A stretch of DNA of 64,000 nt from positions 102,486,001 to 102,550,000 of the forward strand of contig NC_042997.1 in the NCBI RefSeq assembly GCF_006345805.1, written 5' to 3'. Of the stretch, positions 49,246 to 62,570 are shown in pieces (position 1 is the stretch's first letter; each line of letters begins with the position of its first letter). Under the pieces are notes generated by a model. It was given only the letters and a program-made list of their open reading frames with translations. It was not told the DNA's origin and searched no databases. Both the position numbers and the translations under genes were made by a program. This DNA is from Octopus sinensis. Taxonomy: Eukaryota.

Positions 49246-51609
49246 GTAAGTGATAGCAATAAATGTATTTTTGTATATTTGTCATAAAATTTGTTGCATG
49301 ATTTTTAGTAAATTTATATTCTCTTAATGAATATACCTTTTTGTTGTTGTTGACAAATTCATTTCTGGCTTGTAGTTAGATGGTAATCTGGCCCACAGAA
49401 CCAGCTTCTATATCTTCATTTGTTTAACAATTCCACTGTGCAATCTGACATGCTATGGTTTATTGTGCTGCATGATAGACCAGGGATATCATATTACCTC
49501 CACTATTCATATCAATGTCTGCTGCCCTGGCATGTGCTCACAGTGGAGATGAACTAGATGTGTTCAATCAAGAGTATATCAGTCATTTCCCTTCAGAGCT
49601 TATTCTAGATGGTATACATCACAGTATGCCCTTTATAGTTATTGAACTATAGTGTAGGAGAGATTGTATTTTTAAGATGATGTTGTAGATGCATGTAGGT
49701 GTTGAGGATAATTTAACAAGGACTGAACAGGCTGTATCTTCTGAGACAATAAACTGCACTTTTCATATATTCCATCATTACTTCCCATGTAAAGTTTATA
49801 TCTTTCTGTGGTTACTTAAGCTTAGTACATTTGTATTAATGTAATTCTACTATGTTTAATAAGGCACAAGAACAAAGACTTGAGATTATTCTGACCACTG
49901 AAGTGTTGCATTGCTATTAATTACTATATAAATATTGTGTTGGATGAGATTCTACTGATGTTATTTGCATGGCGTTTTGGCTATTTAGAAAAAATTATGT
50001 TCTTATATATAACAGCTACAGGCATGGCTGTGTAGTTAACAACAGTCCTGTTGCCTGGTACTTTCAGTAAATGTCTTCAACTATAATCCCAGACTAATAA
50101 ATGGTATGTGAATGAATTTGGTAGTCAGAAACTACAGGAACCCTGTTGTGTTTGTTAGTGTCAGAGCCTCATAAAAAGCATCTAGTACACTCTGTAAAGT
50201 GGTTGGCATTAGAAAGGGCATCCAGCCATAGAGACCATGCCAAAGCAGACAATGGTGCTTAGTGCATTATAAGCTAATAGGAATGGAACCAGCTTAAACA
50301 AAAATATACTGTTCATTATGAGGCTGATGTCATCCAGAATTTCACAGAGTAAAGTTAGCATAAATGAAATAGGCTGTTCATGATGTGACAAGTCAAGAGC
50401 CATTCCATGATGAAGAAGCAATGTCTATCTGGTAACTGATTAAAAAAACTCCCACTTCACTTCATGGGCAGAGAACTGTCTCTAGTATTCTTATGCACCC
50501 ATCCCTGATTGGCTATTACATAACAACAAAAATAGCTTTCCTGACATGCTACAGAATAATTTAAAATACTCAAACACTTTTTAATTACTATAGTCAGTGT
50601 GTTAGCCCCCACTTACTTATGAAGATCTGGTAAGATTTGAGTTTTACATATACCATAATTGTTGTTTAATGTCCAATTTTCCATGCTTGCATGGGTTGGA
50701 TGGAGTTTATTCGAGGCAAATTTTCTACAGCTGAATGCCTTACCTTGTCACCAACCCTCACCTGTTTCAAAGCAAGGTAATATTTTGGCCAGACATGTTT
50801 ATGCAGAAGATTGAAAATGAATGACACTGATTCTATGACAGTGACACTTATTTATAGCTGATCACATTGTAATATGGGGAACTGTAATATGAGGAACAAA
50901 ATGCAATTCACCTACTTCTCAGTGTTGACTGTCCAGCTAGGTTAAAGCTGAGATATGCCCCACCTATCTGATCTATTGCTAGAACTTACGACTAATTCCC
51001 TTTCTAGCTTGCACATCTACTCCCACTACCCGAGGTCAAAGAGGCCCAAACTGGTCCTACTTCCACCCATGTTCTCACTCACTCTTTCTCTTGTGGTAGG
51101 GCTCTTCAGCCATTGACATCACTGACCCTTTCCTTCTGGTCCACCTCATCCCCACATATATGATGTCAAAATAAAGAGACATAAACACATGCATATTTTA
51201 CACACACACAACAAGCTTCTTTCATTTTCTGCCTGCAAATCTACTCACAATGCTTTGGTCAGCCTGGCGTTATAGTAAAAGACATTTAACTAAGGTGCAA
51301 CACAATACAACTAAACCCGGATTGAACACAGTGGTAGGGAAATAAACTCCCAACCACACAACCACACTATAAATTACAAACCACTTATGAATTATCTAAG
51401 GTTCCTACTGCTTATAATGGTAAATTGCAACTTGTGACAATCTCTATGATTAGGTTCTGTGAGTCAACTTCAATTAAATGTCTTGGCCATGAAGGTAGAG
51501 CTTAGAGTTATAACCATTCTGGCCACTAACAATCTGATAATTTTTGTAATTTCAAATATCCATGTATTTTAAAAGTTCCATTTTGAAACTTTTCTCTTTG
51601 TTTTTATAG

Positions 51610-51769
51610 ACAAATGGAAGAAGATATGGAGACATTGTATATGGCAGCACAGAATGAAAATTCAATGATGTACCAGCTTTTGCATGGGATATCATGTAAT
51701 AAAAACATTGTTACTTGTTGTGATAGTGATGAAGAAAACAATGTTTCTAACTGTGATAGTGATAAGTAA
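51610..51769 (+). CDS. CEP89: CEP89 terminal coding exon (QMEEDMETLYMAAQNENSMMYQLL...SDK*)
   Basis: TTTGTTTTTATAG acceptor, stop TAA at 51767-51769, AATAAA at about 51902. Parallels REMEGELEVIWESTFREN. Confidence 0.82.
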
Positions 51770-52610
51770 ATAATTTTACCTAGTATATAAAGTATAGCAG
51801 TTTGTATTTATTGTGTATTTATATGAATATTTATGTAGTGTATAGTCTAATTTCAACATTTACCTCAGAATGTTATTAATTTATTTTGTATAAGTATTGT
51901 GAATAAATTATCATCAAGCATTGCTCACTTTGTTTTGTTAATCATTTGTTGGTATTTTTTTTCTTGTTTTTCTTTGTCTTAGACTTAAATTTAGAAGGAT
52001 TGAGAAGAAGTCATAGATAAAGTAAATGGCCAAAAATATTTATTTACTGATGAAATCATAAAGTTTCTTCTTTTATTTTCTTTTACTTGTTTCAGTCATT
52101 GGACTGTGGCCATGCTGGGGGCACTGTTTCAAGGGTTTTAGTCAAATAAATCAACCCCAGTACTTTTCCTTTTTAAGTCCAGCACTATCAGATTCTTTTG
52201 CTGAACAGCTAAGTTACAGGGTCATAAACAAACCAGTACCGGTTGTCAACCAGTGGTGGTGGTGGTGGACAAATATAGGGGGCCTGGAATGGGGGTGGTG
52301 AGAAACGCACACTCAAAAGCTGCCCAATATAGCACACACTCTAGCTATGCCCCTGCAACTACTGCAAGTTATTTTATGTGACAATCTAACATTTATGCCA
52401 GTCCTCCACCCCCCATTAACGTATAATAATAGTTTCAAATTTTGGCACAGGGCCAGCAGTTTTTTGAGGTGAGGAGAAAGTCATTTTATCGACCCCAGTA
52501 CTTGACTGGTACTTATTTTATTGACTATGAAAGGATGAAAGGCAAAGTCAGCCTTGGCAGAATTTGAACTTAGAATGTAAAGACAAACAAAGTTCTTAGC
52601 AGCATTTGTC

Positions 52611-52691
52611 TAGGATAGGGTTAGGGTTAGTGTTAGCATTAGGGATAGGTTTAATATTAGGGTTAGGGTTAGGGTTTGGGTTAGGGTTAGG
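52611..52691 (+). repeat. Degenerate interstitial (TTAGGG)n-like array
   Basis: TTAGGG units with variants. Confidence 0.8.
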
Positions 52692-52920
52692 CTCAGGAAT
52701 TATGGGGGAGTTTGTTAAGTCAATTGCATCAACCACCAGTGTTCAACTGGTACTTTATTTCATCAATCTTGAAAGGTTGAAAGGCAAAGTCAACCTCAGC
52801 AGACTTGAACGCAGAATGTAAAGATGGATGAGATCCTGCTTAAAATTTCGCCCGACATGCTAACCAATGGAAGTAATGAATCATATGTTGGACTTGTTGA
52901 ACATCAATAAATCCTGGAAG

Positions 52921-53038
52921 ATTAGGGTTAGGTTTATGGTTAGTGCTAGAGTAAGGGTTAGGGTTATGGCTAGGGTTTGCATTAGGATTAGGTTTAGTGT
53001 TAGGTTTAGGGATAGGGTTAGGTTTATTGTTAGGGCTA
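52921..53038 (+). repeat. Degenerate interstitial (TTAGGG)n-like array
   Basis: TTAGGG, TTAGGT and TTAGTG units. Confidence 0.8.
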
Positions 53039-55120
53039 GCTCAGAATGTAAAGATGGACAAAATGCCGCTAAGCATTTTGCCCAACATGCTGTTTCAGTC
53101 AAGTCACTGTCTTGCAAGAGGATTTCAAATATCTAAAACCAACAAAAGTAAGGAATCACATCTTGGACTTGTCATATCTTGGACTCTTCTCTTACGTATT
53201 AATTATTGTTCATGATCATCATCGTTTAATGTCTGCCTTCCATGCTGACATGGGTGGGATGGTTTGACAAGAGCCGGACAGGCAGGAGCCTGCCCCAGAC
53301 TTCTGTAACTGTTTCAGCAGGATTTTTACAGCTGGATGCCCTTCCTAGCACCAACCACTCAACAGAGTGGACTTGGTACTTTTTATGTGACACAAACACA
53401 GGCGAGGTCAGTTTTGGCAAAATTTTTACAGCTGGATGCCTTTCCAAATGTCAACCACTTTACAGCGTGAACTGGGTGCTTTTAAATGGCACCTGCATTG
53501 ACAGGGTCACCAAGTATGTGCAAAACAAAATAAAAAAAAAATTTGAGATGGGAGGGGGCATTAGAAAAGTTATAGTGGGGCAGAGAGAGTTATAGTAACG
53601 CTATAATTTAATTTATATATCCTTGTTGTAAGCCTTTCCCAAGAGACTGTTGATGAAGCAGACATATGATAAAGTGCTTCAGTAGTGACCATATCTCTCT
53701 GTTATTTTTTTCAATGAAATGTATCTAGTCTACATTATCCAATGTGTTCTTTATTTTAAAACAGTAAAGCATATAATTTGAAAATTCTAGCAGGCAGCGT
53801 GACCGTGTAGAGTTGCCCTTATTTATATGTTGTTGTTGTTTAGCTACAATCAAGCTCATTTCCAGTCAAATTATTTCAGGCCTGTCCGTCAATTTTTTTC
53901 ATTAGTTCTGCATCATGAAAACTATCCAGTGTACTGGGCCCTGTAAGCCACAGCATTTATAGATTAGAAAGGGGCCCCAAGACCAGTGAGGCCCCTGAGA
54001 AATGAATTTGTAGTGGATCTTGCATGCATGAAGTGGATTTGATCCACCATAATCAAATTTAAATTAACAGTTCAACAGAACTTTTCTCACAGTAAAACAA
54101 GTTTTTCTCTGACAGCAGTTTTACATTTGCCAGATTGCCTTAGCTAGGCCCGAAATAATGCTTTCACCACTTGACCCTTTTAACCTCTTCTACTTCACCA
54201 AAACCCAGAATAGAGATATCAAGACCATGTCTATCCTGGATAATTTTAAAAGCATAAACCCCAAGCAAAAAGATAGTTCAGTCACTTGGTGATGACTCAA
54301 CCTGTTAGTCACTTCGGTGACGAATCAGTGAGAAGGAAGTCTGGCTGACCAGTTAGAACCTTGGTCAGAGGGAGCAATGAAGTTTACTGTCAACAACTGT
54401 GAGACAACCCTACAATTCTCACTAGCTCTAATTCTGTTCTCTTACAACATCATTCTATCTCTCTCAGTAATTACTACTAAGCATGCTTTTGGATTTATCA
54501 TAACCTGCCCGCTGAGGCAAGGTATTGTAACATAACGGTAAATAAATATTTCCTTAAAACATGCATTGTTCATCTTTCACATCCTGCAACATGTTATAAC
54601 AACAAATTTTTATCCTCACAACTGCTGACTCCGACATTTCATATAATTGTATACCTAATCAATCTTACCTGTTACAATAGGATGTTAGGTTTTGATCTGA
54701 AGGAGATTTGGTTGCTTTTTCTAGCAGATCAACAATTAATTATGCAATGAAAAGTGTAAGGCAAGCAACAGACCCACCAAATGTAATCTTCTGAAATATG
54801 GAAGTTAGGATCTATTTGTATGGATAGAGGAAGGTTGTAAAAATTGTGCTTGTCATGATGATGATGATCATCATCCTTTAATGTCTGTTTTCCATACTGA
54901 TATGTGTTGGACAGTTTGACAGGAGCTGGCCAGCCGAGGAACTGTCCAGACTCCAATAGTCTGTTGTGGTATGATTGCTATGGCTGGATGCCATTCCTAA
55001 TGCCAACTTTACAGAGTATGCAGGGTGCTTTTTACATGCCAATGGCACAGGTGTGGTTATGTAGCACCGGCACAAGTGCATTTTATGTGGCACTAGTACC
55101 TGTAAAGGACAAACCTAGGC

Positions 55121-55624
55121 AAGACTTCCTCCCCACCCCTAACCACCCTTAAAAAAAATTTTTTTTTTCGACACAAACACCCCTTTTCAGCTATGGGGAA
55201 TATGAATCTGCAAAAAAATTGGCAAAAATCGACTAAATTACCACCCCTCCACCCGCATTTCCTTCATTTAAAACTTTTTTCACAATTTTTTTTCTTCAAA
55301 ATATGCAGAAAAATATGGAGATTATGATTCTGAAAAAAATTTCCAAAAATCATTGTAAAATTTTTTTAAAGAAATTTTTTTCTTCTAAATATGCGGAAAA
55401 ATTTGGACAAATATTTCAAAACATTTCTGAACTTACTGTTACGATTTTAGGGTTAGTGTTGTGGAGAAAAAGTCAAAATTGAAGAAGTTGGGGGAAAGTG
55501 TGTGTGTGTGTGTGGGGGGGATTTCACAATGCCGATTTTTGGCAATTTTCTGGAACCTCCATATCCAAAAGTAAACAAATTTGGGAGAAAATGTGGTGGG
55601 GTGGGGGGCATGGGCGGAAGTCTT
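55121..55624. mobile_element. Probable non-autonomous DNA element inserted in an RTE-derived repeat
   Basis: 13-bp inverted ends AAGACTTCCTCCC / GGGCGGAAGTCTT (1 mismatch). The RTE-type sequence resumes after 55630. Confidence 0.4.
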
Positions 55625-56041
55625 TCCCAAACCTGTGTGTATGAATGGATGACAGTGATTTTACTTAGCTTGATGCGTCTTCTCAAGTATAGCAAATTGC
55701 CACAACTCCTGAACCCTTGCCATTTTCTCAATGAAGCCTAGCATAATTTGTACCATCTCTACAGCTTTACATTTGGAAAGAATTTCCTGTTATTGTGTGA
55801 GCCTTATTATGCTAATAATATTTCAGCACTGAATACCTTTGCATGCTTATCCTAGAGGTTACAGCAAGATGAGAAGTAGGAGGGCTGGTCTCCCATCTGG
55901 TGCAGGTTTGTTGGGATGCAAATTTCCTATTAGCTTGTCATGTCTGTAAATTAGGGTTGAGATACTAAAAATGTTTTTACCATTTAATGCCGAGAACCCT
56001 TGCTAAGTCACTGGTTATACACTAAAACTATTTAAGGTGGT

Positions 56042-56262
56042 GAGCTGGCAGAAACGTTAGCGCATCGGGTGAAATGCTTAGCGCTATTTCGTCTACCGTT
56101 ACGTTTTGAGTTCAAATTCCGCCGAGGTCGACTTTGCCTTTCATCCTTTCGGGGTCGATAAATAAAGTACCAGTTACGCACTGGGGTCGATGTAATCAAC
56201 TTAATCCGTTTGTCCTTGTTTGTCCCATCTATGTTTAGCCTCTTGTGGGCAATAAAGAAATA
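56042..56262 (+). mobile_element. Young family-A SINE with 13-bp TSD
   Basis: TATTTAAGGTGGT at 56029-56041 and 56263-56275. Confidence 0.88.
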
Positions 56263-56520
56263 TATTTAAGGTGGTCAGTAAATCAATGACTTGGATATTC
56301 TGTTGAATAAAAGTGTTGGACGTAAAGGGTTGCATGCAGTTATAACTTAACAGATAAACTCAGGCTTGCACGACCTATTAAATAAGAATGTCGAAGTTAA
56401 AATAGTTCTCATTTGAATAACTACATTTCTACAACTTTTTCTGATGAAGGCCCTCATTTCAACTTAACCCAAATGTTCTAACTTAAAGGATATTTATCAA
56501 TACAGACTACCACTACGTGG

Positions 56521-56730
56521 GCTAAACACAGAGGGGACAAACAAGGACAGACAAACGGATTAAGTAGATTATATCGACTCCAGTGCGTAACTGGTACTTA
56601 TTTAATCGACCCCGAAAGGATGAAAGGCAAAGTCGACCTCGGCAGGATTTGAACTCAGAACGTGTCGGTAGACGAAATACGGCTACGCATTTCGCCCGGC
56701 GTGCTAACGTTTCTGCCAGCTCGCCGCCTT
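56521..56730 (-). mobile_element. Young family-A SINE, inverted relative to the 56042 copy
   Basis: Reverse complement of the family-A pattern, CpGs retained. Confidence 0.85.
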
Positions 56731-57019
56731 GATAAATACAAATATCGGCGTGTTGCAGATGGATTGGATGGCATCCAGATTTTTCCTTCCCTGGCGAGGG
56801 AGAGATTTCGTTCAACCTGCTAGAAATAGTAGCCAGGTTTGCTCGACCAGGGCTGACCTAGGGCCATACAGCAACAACCTTAGAAACAATTAGAAATGTC
56901 AACATTCCACGTATTTCACACGAAAATGAAATTGTTTTTAATTCCTTCTGATAAAATTAAATGCATGCTTACTTTATCATGTTTGGATGCGATTTAAATT
57001 TACATTTTTACAGTGTGGG

Positions 57020-57580
57020 TCAACCAATCAGAAATGACCACGTTTAAGAATGTGAAATCGCCAACACAAATGTAAACATTTGGGGCTTTTTCTTTGTGAA
57101 GAAGAAAGTACATTTTCGTTAACATAATTTATATCATTTTAGAATTCAAAATAAATATTTAGTTGTTTTCTTTTAAATTTAGGTTTCTTAGTACATTGCA
57201 AAAAAATAAAAAAATCCAATCGGTTATTTAAATTGGTTTTGATTTCTTTTAAATTCCTTTAAAACAATCTCCGCAGCTAGATCGATGATATTTTCGCTTG
57301 TACTTTAACGCTAAATCGTTGAAGATAAAGACAGGAAGGAAAAACTCAACACGTGTGATTGACAATGAATAACAGCAAAACCAGTGACGTCATCAATATT
57401 GTGTATACACTGTCATTTGGCTTTGCTTATTGTCATCAGAAGAGTTTGATCACGCTTTCCTAGTTGCCGGTAGATTATAATCAGCAGCCACTTACTTGTG
57501 AATTAATTCTTGACAGTTTATCAGATCGGAGAACATTTAAATACTATAATTAACTTCGAGACGCAGCTCTTATTACTAAG
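57020..57580 (+). promoter_or_regulatory. Putative promoter and non-coding first exon of the next plus-strand gene
   Basis: CpG-enriched. CCAAT at about 57024, full CRE TGACGTCA at about 57385, donor AAG|GTATGC at 57580/57581. Confidence 0.45.
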
Positions 57581-60500
57581 GTATGCAATATTTTGTATTT
57601 TAATAAATGAGATTTCCAGATTTGTCGTTATCACTAGTCTTTTCGGCAGTACCTTGTTAAAAAACTGACACCTGTAATAAATCTTTTCAGTTAATTCTCT
57701 AATTTTCTTTCTTTTAATTATTTTAATCAGAGACTAGATGATAGGATGTTACGATCACGTCAGATTTGTTCTTTCATCTAATTAGTTTTCACACTTTTCA
57801 ATTTTTTCATTGATGTTATATGTCTTGTTTGAAGTAAATTCAAAGTTAGAAGAAAAACAAAATAATATTTCAGAATTATAGTCGAAGATTGTCGCCTCTC
57901 TTGGTTTGGTATTTTACTATCTTTTTCTCGAAATTTAGTGAATAGTGTAATTGAATCTGTCGCGATATAAACTCACCGAAGTTTTGGAATGTTCTTAAAA
58001 GTTAAAAAAAATTCTTTTTACAGAAGTCGGCATATATCTTTACTTCTTTAAGCATACATTTATGCATCGTTCCTTTTTTTTTATTCGTCTTTATTCTGAT
58101 GAAATCGATATAACAGTTAATTTTAAACGCTACTCGTTGATATAACAACAAAACAATTTAGAAAGTTTTTTCCTCGAAAGGGAACCGCACCGTCACCCAT
58201 CATCTTATGTGTTAAATCCAGGAAACTAGTTCTTAACCAAATTCTTTAATTTTCTTAAAGTTGAACGTTAAGAAAGATCTTTAAGCAGTCCTATTGTTAA
58301 CTTCTCGCTACGCTTTTTGGGTCTTTGTTAAAATCCCGTTTGTCACTTTCAGTTCAATTGATGGGGTGAAATTTAAATTGATACAGGATTCCATTCCATG
58401 TATTATTACTATAAATATTTCTTGGGCATGATTTAATGAATGATGGGGGTAATAAAAAGCAATTTAGTGATATTGATATTACATTTATATATCTTAGTAC
58501 AAGTTAAAGAAAACATTCCTTATGAGATAACTTAATTTCACTTAGTACCATGTTTTTCTACAAGATCTTTTCAAGAAATACAGTTACATAAACACACTTA
58601 GGTGAAGCGAAACATTCTTTGATTGGTTTATTTATAATCCTTCCGAGTGAATATGCATATATCGCAGTTAATCTTTTTCTTGCTATCAACTAATAGATGA
58701 CCTGCTGGTAATTGAAATGGAAATATTCTGAACTTAGAGCTAAACATTTGCAAATTGTTAGGCTTTTTGGAAAATTATGATTAATATTACTTTGTTATTC
58801 TAGACTTAGGGAGGAACGATCAAATTTATCTCACTACCTGTTTTGTCCAGTGAACAAATTTTAAAACACTTGACATTTGTTTGATAGATAGATACCTGAG
58901 AATTTTAAAAGGGTACATTATCAACGTACATTTATATTATTCTTTAAAAAAATTGATTTGCTTACTTTTTATTTTAATTTTATTATCTTTACTGGAACTT
59001 AATACAATCATACAGTATAGTATAACCTATTGTGACTGACTGAATAAATAACTGAGTACAATCTTGCTACGCTAATAAATCTCTAAAATACCCGTCGGAT
59101 GCTTATCTGAAATGGAGAAAATACTTATAAACTTTATCAGGCCAAATAAAATTCGGTAAAAACGACTAAGCAAAGAGAAAGACGAATCCATATATGCATT
59201 GTCAATTGATTTATATATAGTTAGATGTGGCACAAATTTCCTTATTAAATTTGTTTTAATGGATTGGAAGGGGCTATGTCCATGACCTTCGTAGACTGTG
59301 AGATAGGTCAGTTTGATTGATATTCTTGAACCACTGCAAATGGACAGTTGTGCATGTGTGGTGGTGGGGAAGAACAGTGGGGGTAAGGAGGGAATTTCAG
59401 AGGGGATGACTTTCTAGGAATATTGGTTGGGAATAATGGTTAGTGTGGAGGCAAGCACAACACCAGTTCCTGAAGGAGATCAGTATAAGAAATCAGCTAA
59501 CTCCAAAGATATGAGGTGACTGTGCTAGGGGGGGGGGGGCTGCTTACTGGTTGGCTGTGTATGTGGTAACACCTGCATCATTCAAGACGTAGGGGCAGAG
59601 CAGTATTGTATTGTGGGTCTCACTAAAGCCTTAAAGCAACTGTTGGAATCGGAAGTATTTTCTGGTTTTAATTAATCACTTCACTAAATTATTTTATATA
59701 CAAACAGATTTTAAAAAATTTATTTTAGAATTTCTTTTTTTTTTTGTATGTGTAGGTAATTAACCTAAAGATTGTATGTTGAAGACAAATAGATTGGCCT
59801 TCAGTCAGCCACATCTGTCACCAAGACTTGTTTGATTTTTTAAAATTCTAAGTTGGAGATAACCTGTATGTAATTCAATAATGCATTATAATGCATTGAT
59901 AAAAAAAACCAAAAAAACAAAAAAACATGGCATTGCTAAGAAAGAGAAAGCAGTATTCTTGGGAAATGTTAGATGAATACTTAATCAGTAGCTTTATAGA
60001 TAAAATCTGGCACCTAAAAAAACGTGCCACTACATATATTGGTAACATCATTATAATAACATATGTTTCTTATACAGGTTTATTGTGAATGGATATTGCT
60101 AAGTAATAGTGGATTGGCACAATCATTGGAGCAGTATTTAGTCATGGCTTTTTAGATCTTAAGTTCTAATCCTCTCAATGTTAACCGTCTTTATTTCATC
60201 GTGGGTGGGTGTCAGTAACATTACATACTTTTCAAGTTCTGAGATAAAGTATCCTAGATGTGAATGGAATCATAATCAAGCTGGCCTCTAGATTGCAGAT
60301 AAGCAATAAAACATATCTCAGAAGTGCTGTGCTTTAATTTCAATTAGTTATAATCATACTGTACACATTTATCAATTGGATTATGTTTTTTCATAGATCT
60401 TTTGTTACCCAGTTTACAGTATTCTTTATTCAATGCATAATATCCACAACAAATATGTTGTTCACAGACACACACACACATTTATAGGAAACTCAAGTGT

Positions 60501-60609
60501 TGGTGACAGGAATGGCATCCAGCTGTAGAAAATCTACCTCAGTAAACTCCATCTGACCCACACAAGCATGGAAAAGTATGATAAATGATAGTGATATGTA
60601 TATATATCA

Positions 60610-61310
60610 TCATGATTTAATGTCTGTTGTCCATGCTGGCATGGGTTGGACGGTATAATCAGGGCTGGTAAGCTGAGGGGCTGCACCAGACTCCAGTCTA
60701 GTTTTGTATGGTTTCTAAGGCTGGGTGCCCTTCCTAATGCCAACCACTTCAAGAGTGTAATAGGTGCTTTTACATGTCACCGGCATGGGTGCCAGTTGCG
60801 TGACACCAGTATCTACCACAATTACAATTTCACTTGGCTTGATGGGTCTTCTCAAGCATGGCATATTGCCAGAGGTCTTGGTCATTTGTCACTGACTCTG
60901 TTAGGTCCAACACTCAAAAGGTTCTTTTTATGTGTCACTGGCATGGGTACCAGTTACACAACACCGGCATCGGCCACATTGCCTCCGCGAGGCCCAACAC
61001 TTGCAGGTGCTTTCCACATGCCACCAGCATAGTTGCTAGTTGCCTCTGGGAGGCCCAATACTTGAAAGTGCTTTTTATGTACCACCGGCATGGGTGCTAG
61101 TTACTTTGGACTGGCATCAGCCACAACTATGATTTCACTTGGCTTGATGGGTCTTCTCAAGCACAACATATTGCCAAAGGTCTCGGTCACTAGTCATTGC
61201 CTCTGTAAGGCGCAACATTCGTAGATCATACTTCACCACCTTGCCCCATGTCTTGCTGGGTTTACCTCTTGCACAGATACCTTTCACAGTTAGAAATCTG
61301 CACTAATAGT
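60610..61310 (-). repeat. Rearranged, tandemly reiterated RTE 3' end
   Basis: Several imperfect reiterations of GGTGCTTTT(T)ACATG..CACCGGCATGGG and GAGGCCCAACACT units. Confidence 0.65.
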
Positions 61311-62357
61311 TAATAGATAACAATTTTTAAATGTGTTATCAGAAGATGGCACAGGCACTGCTTATAACCTATGCAGACTTTCTATAATCTGATGAGACTG
61401 ATGCAGTTGTAGTTTACTTTGACCATCTGATTTCAGCTCAGAAAAGGATTGGTTAACCTAAAGTGCCACACAATCTTGCTTTTCAGCTGGAATTTTGGAG
61501 ATGGAAACTATACAGAAACCTATCATATATATACATTTATATCTTTTTTTTTTTATTAGTGAAAGATGTAAACCATTCTTCATGTAGAGTTTGTCAAGTT
61601 ACAAACACACCCTTGTTAACTCTTGCTGTCAGAAAGCCAATGAATGAGAGATTGGACTTTTGGAGATCTGTAATCCATTGATGTTATTGTTTACAAATTG
61701 TGATATAAAATGTCTAGAGTAGAATCTTAATTTGAGCTACTCCAGGGAGGATTAGAAGTAGTGAGGATTTTCAGATAGCGAGTTTAGAGGAGCTGAGCCT
61801 GTTGTGACAATGATAGGGGAAAGAGAGAGAGAGAGAGAAGAAACAGTTTGAGTGAGTAGTTGAAACGTATTAGTGGGTGAATAATTGCTATGTAGTTAAA
61901 TAATCTGTTTTTGGATGGGATTTTGCATGTTATGTGTGTAGCAGCCCCATCTTATATATGAAAGGAGCACTCTGTTGTGGATCTTGCTTTTGCCTTTCCA
62001 ATAGAGGACCAGAAATTGATTTGGGCTGGAATATCTGCTTTACTGAAGAAATGTAATCTTTGGGATGATGTTTTGGTTCTCTCTTAATTTCTCTAAAAAA
62101 GCATCCAGTCCACACTGTAAAGAGGTTGTCATTGGGAAAGGCATCCAGCTGTAAAAACCATGCCACAACAGACCTCACCAGTGCTGATACCATGTAAAAA
62201 GCACTCAGTCCACTCTGTAAGGTGGTTGGCATTAGGAAGGGCATCCAGCCATAAAAACCATGCCAAAACAGCAGTGAAGCCTGGTGCAGTCTTCTAGCTT
62301 TCCAACTCCTGTCAAACCATCAAACCCATGCCAACATGAAAAAGAAACATTAAATAA

Positions 62358-62400
<43 letters not shown>

Positions 62401-62404
<4 letters not shown>

Positions 62405-62570
62405 GGGGGAGAATTCACGGAAAAAAACAAAAGACGAAGACAGGTGGTGTAGACAACAAACAAATGTATTAGTATAACGCTCGGGAATTGAAAAAGTCTT
62501 TAATGTTTCGAACCTGCGCTCTTCCACAGAAAGAAACAAGGAGAGAAAAAAAAATGTGTAGTGGCTACCG
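62401..62570 (-). mobile_element. Penelope-like pLTR/3' fragment between two (TA)n arrays
   Basis: Minus strand contains a hammerhead-like TCTTTCTGTGGAAGAGCGCAGGTTCGAAACATTAAAGA. Family assignment is inferred. Confidence 0.35.

Noticed and set aside
52606-53215. Gly/Leu- and Arg/Val-rich ORFs
   Set aside because: They are translations of the TTAGGG-like arrays.
54009-54591. Possible solo LTR (TG..CA with AATAAA)
   Set aside because: The terminal inverted repeats are poor, there is no TSD and no second copy in the window.
8591-56730. tRNA-like sequences with A/B boxes
   Set aside because: All are SINE heads followed by SINE bodies. None gives a complete cloverleaf.
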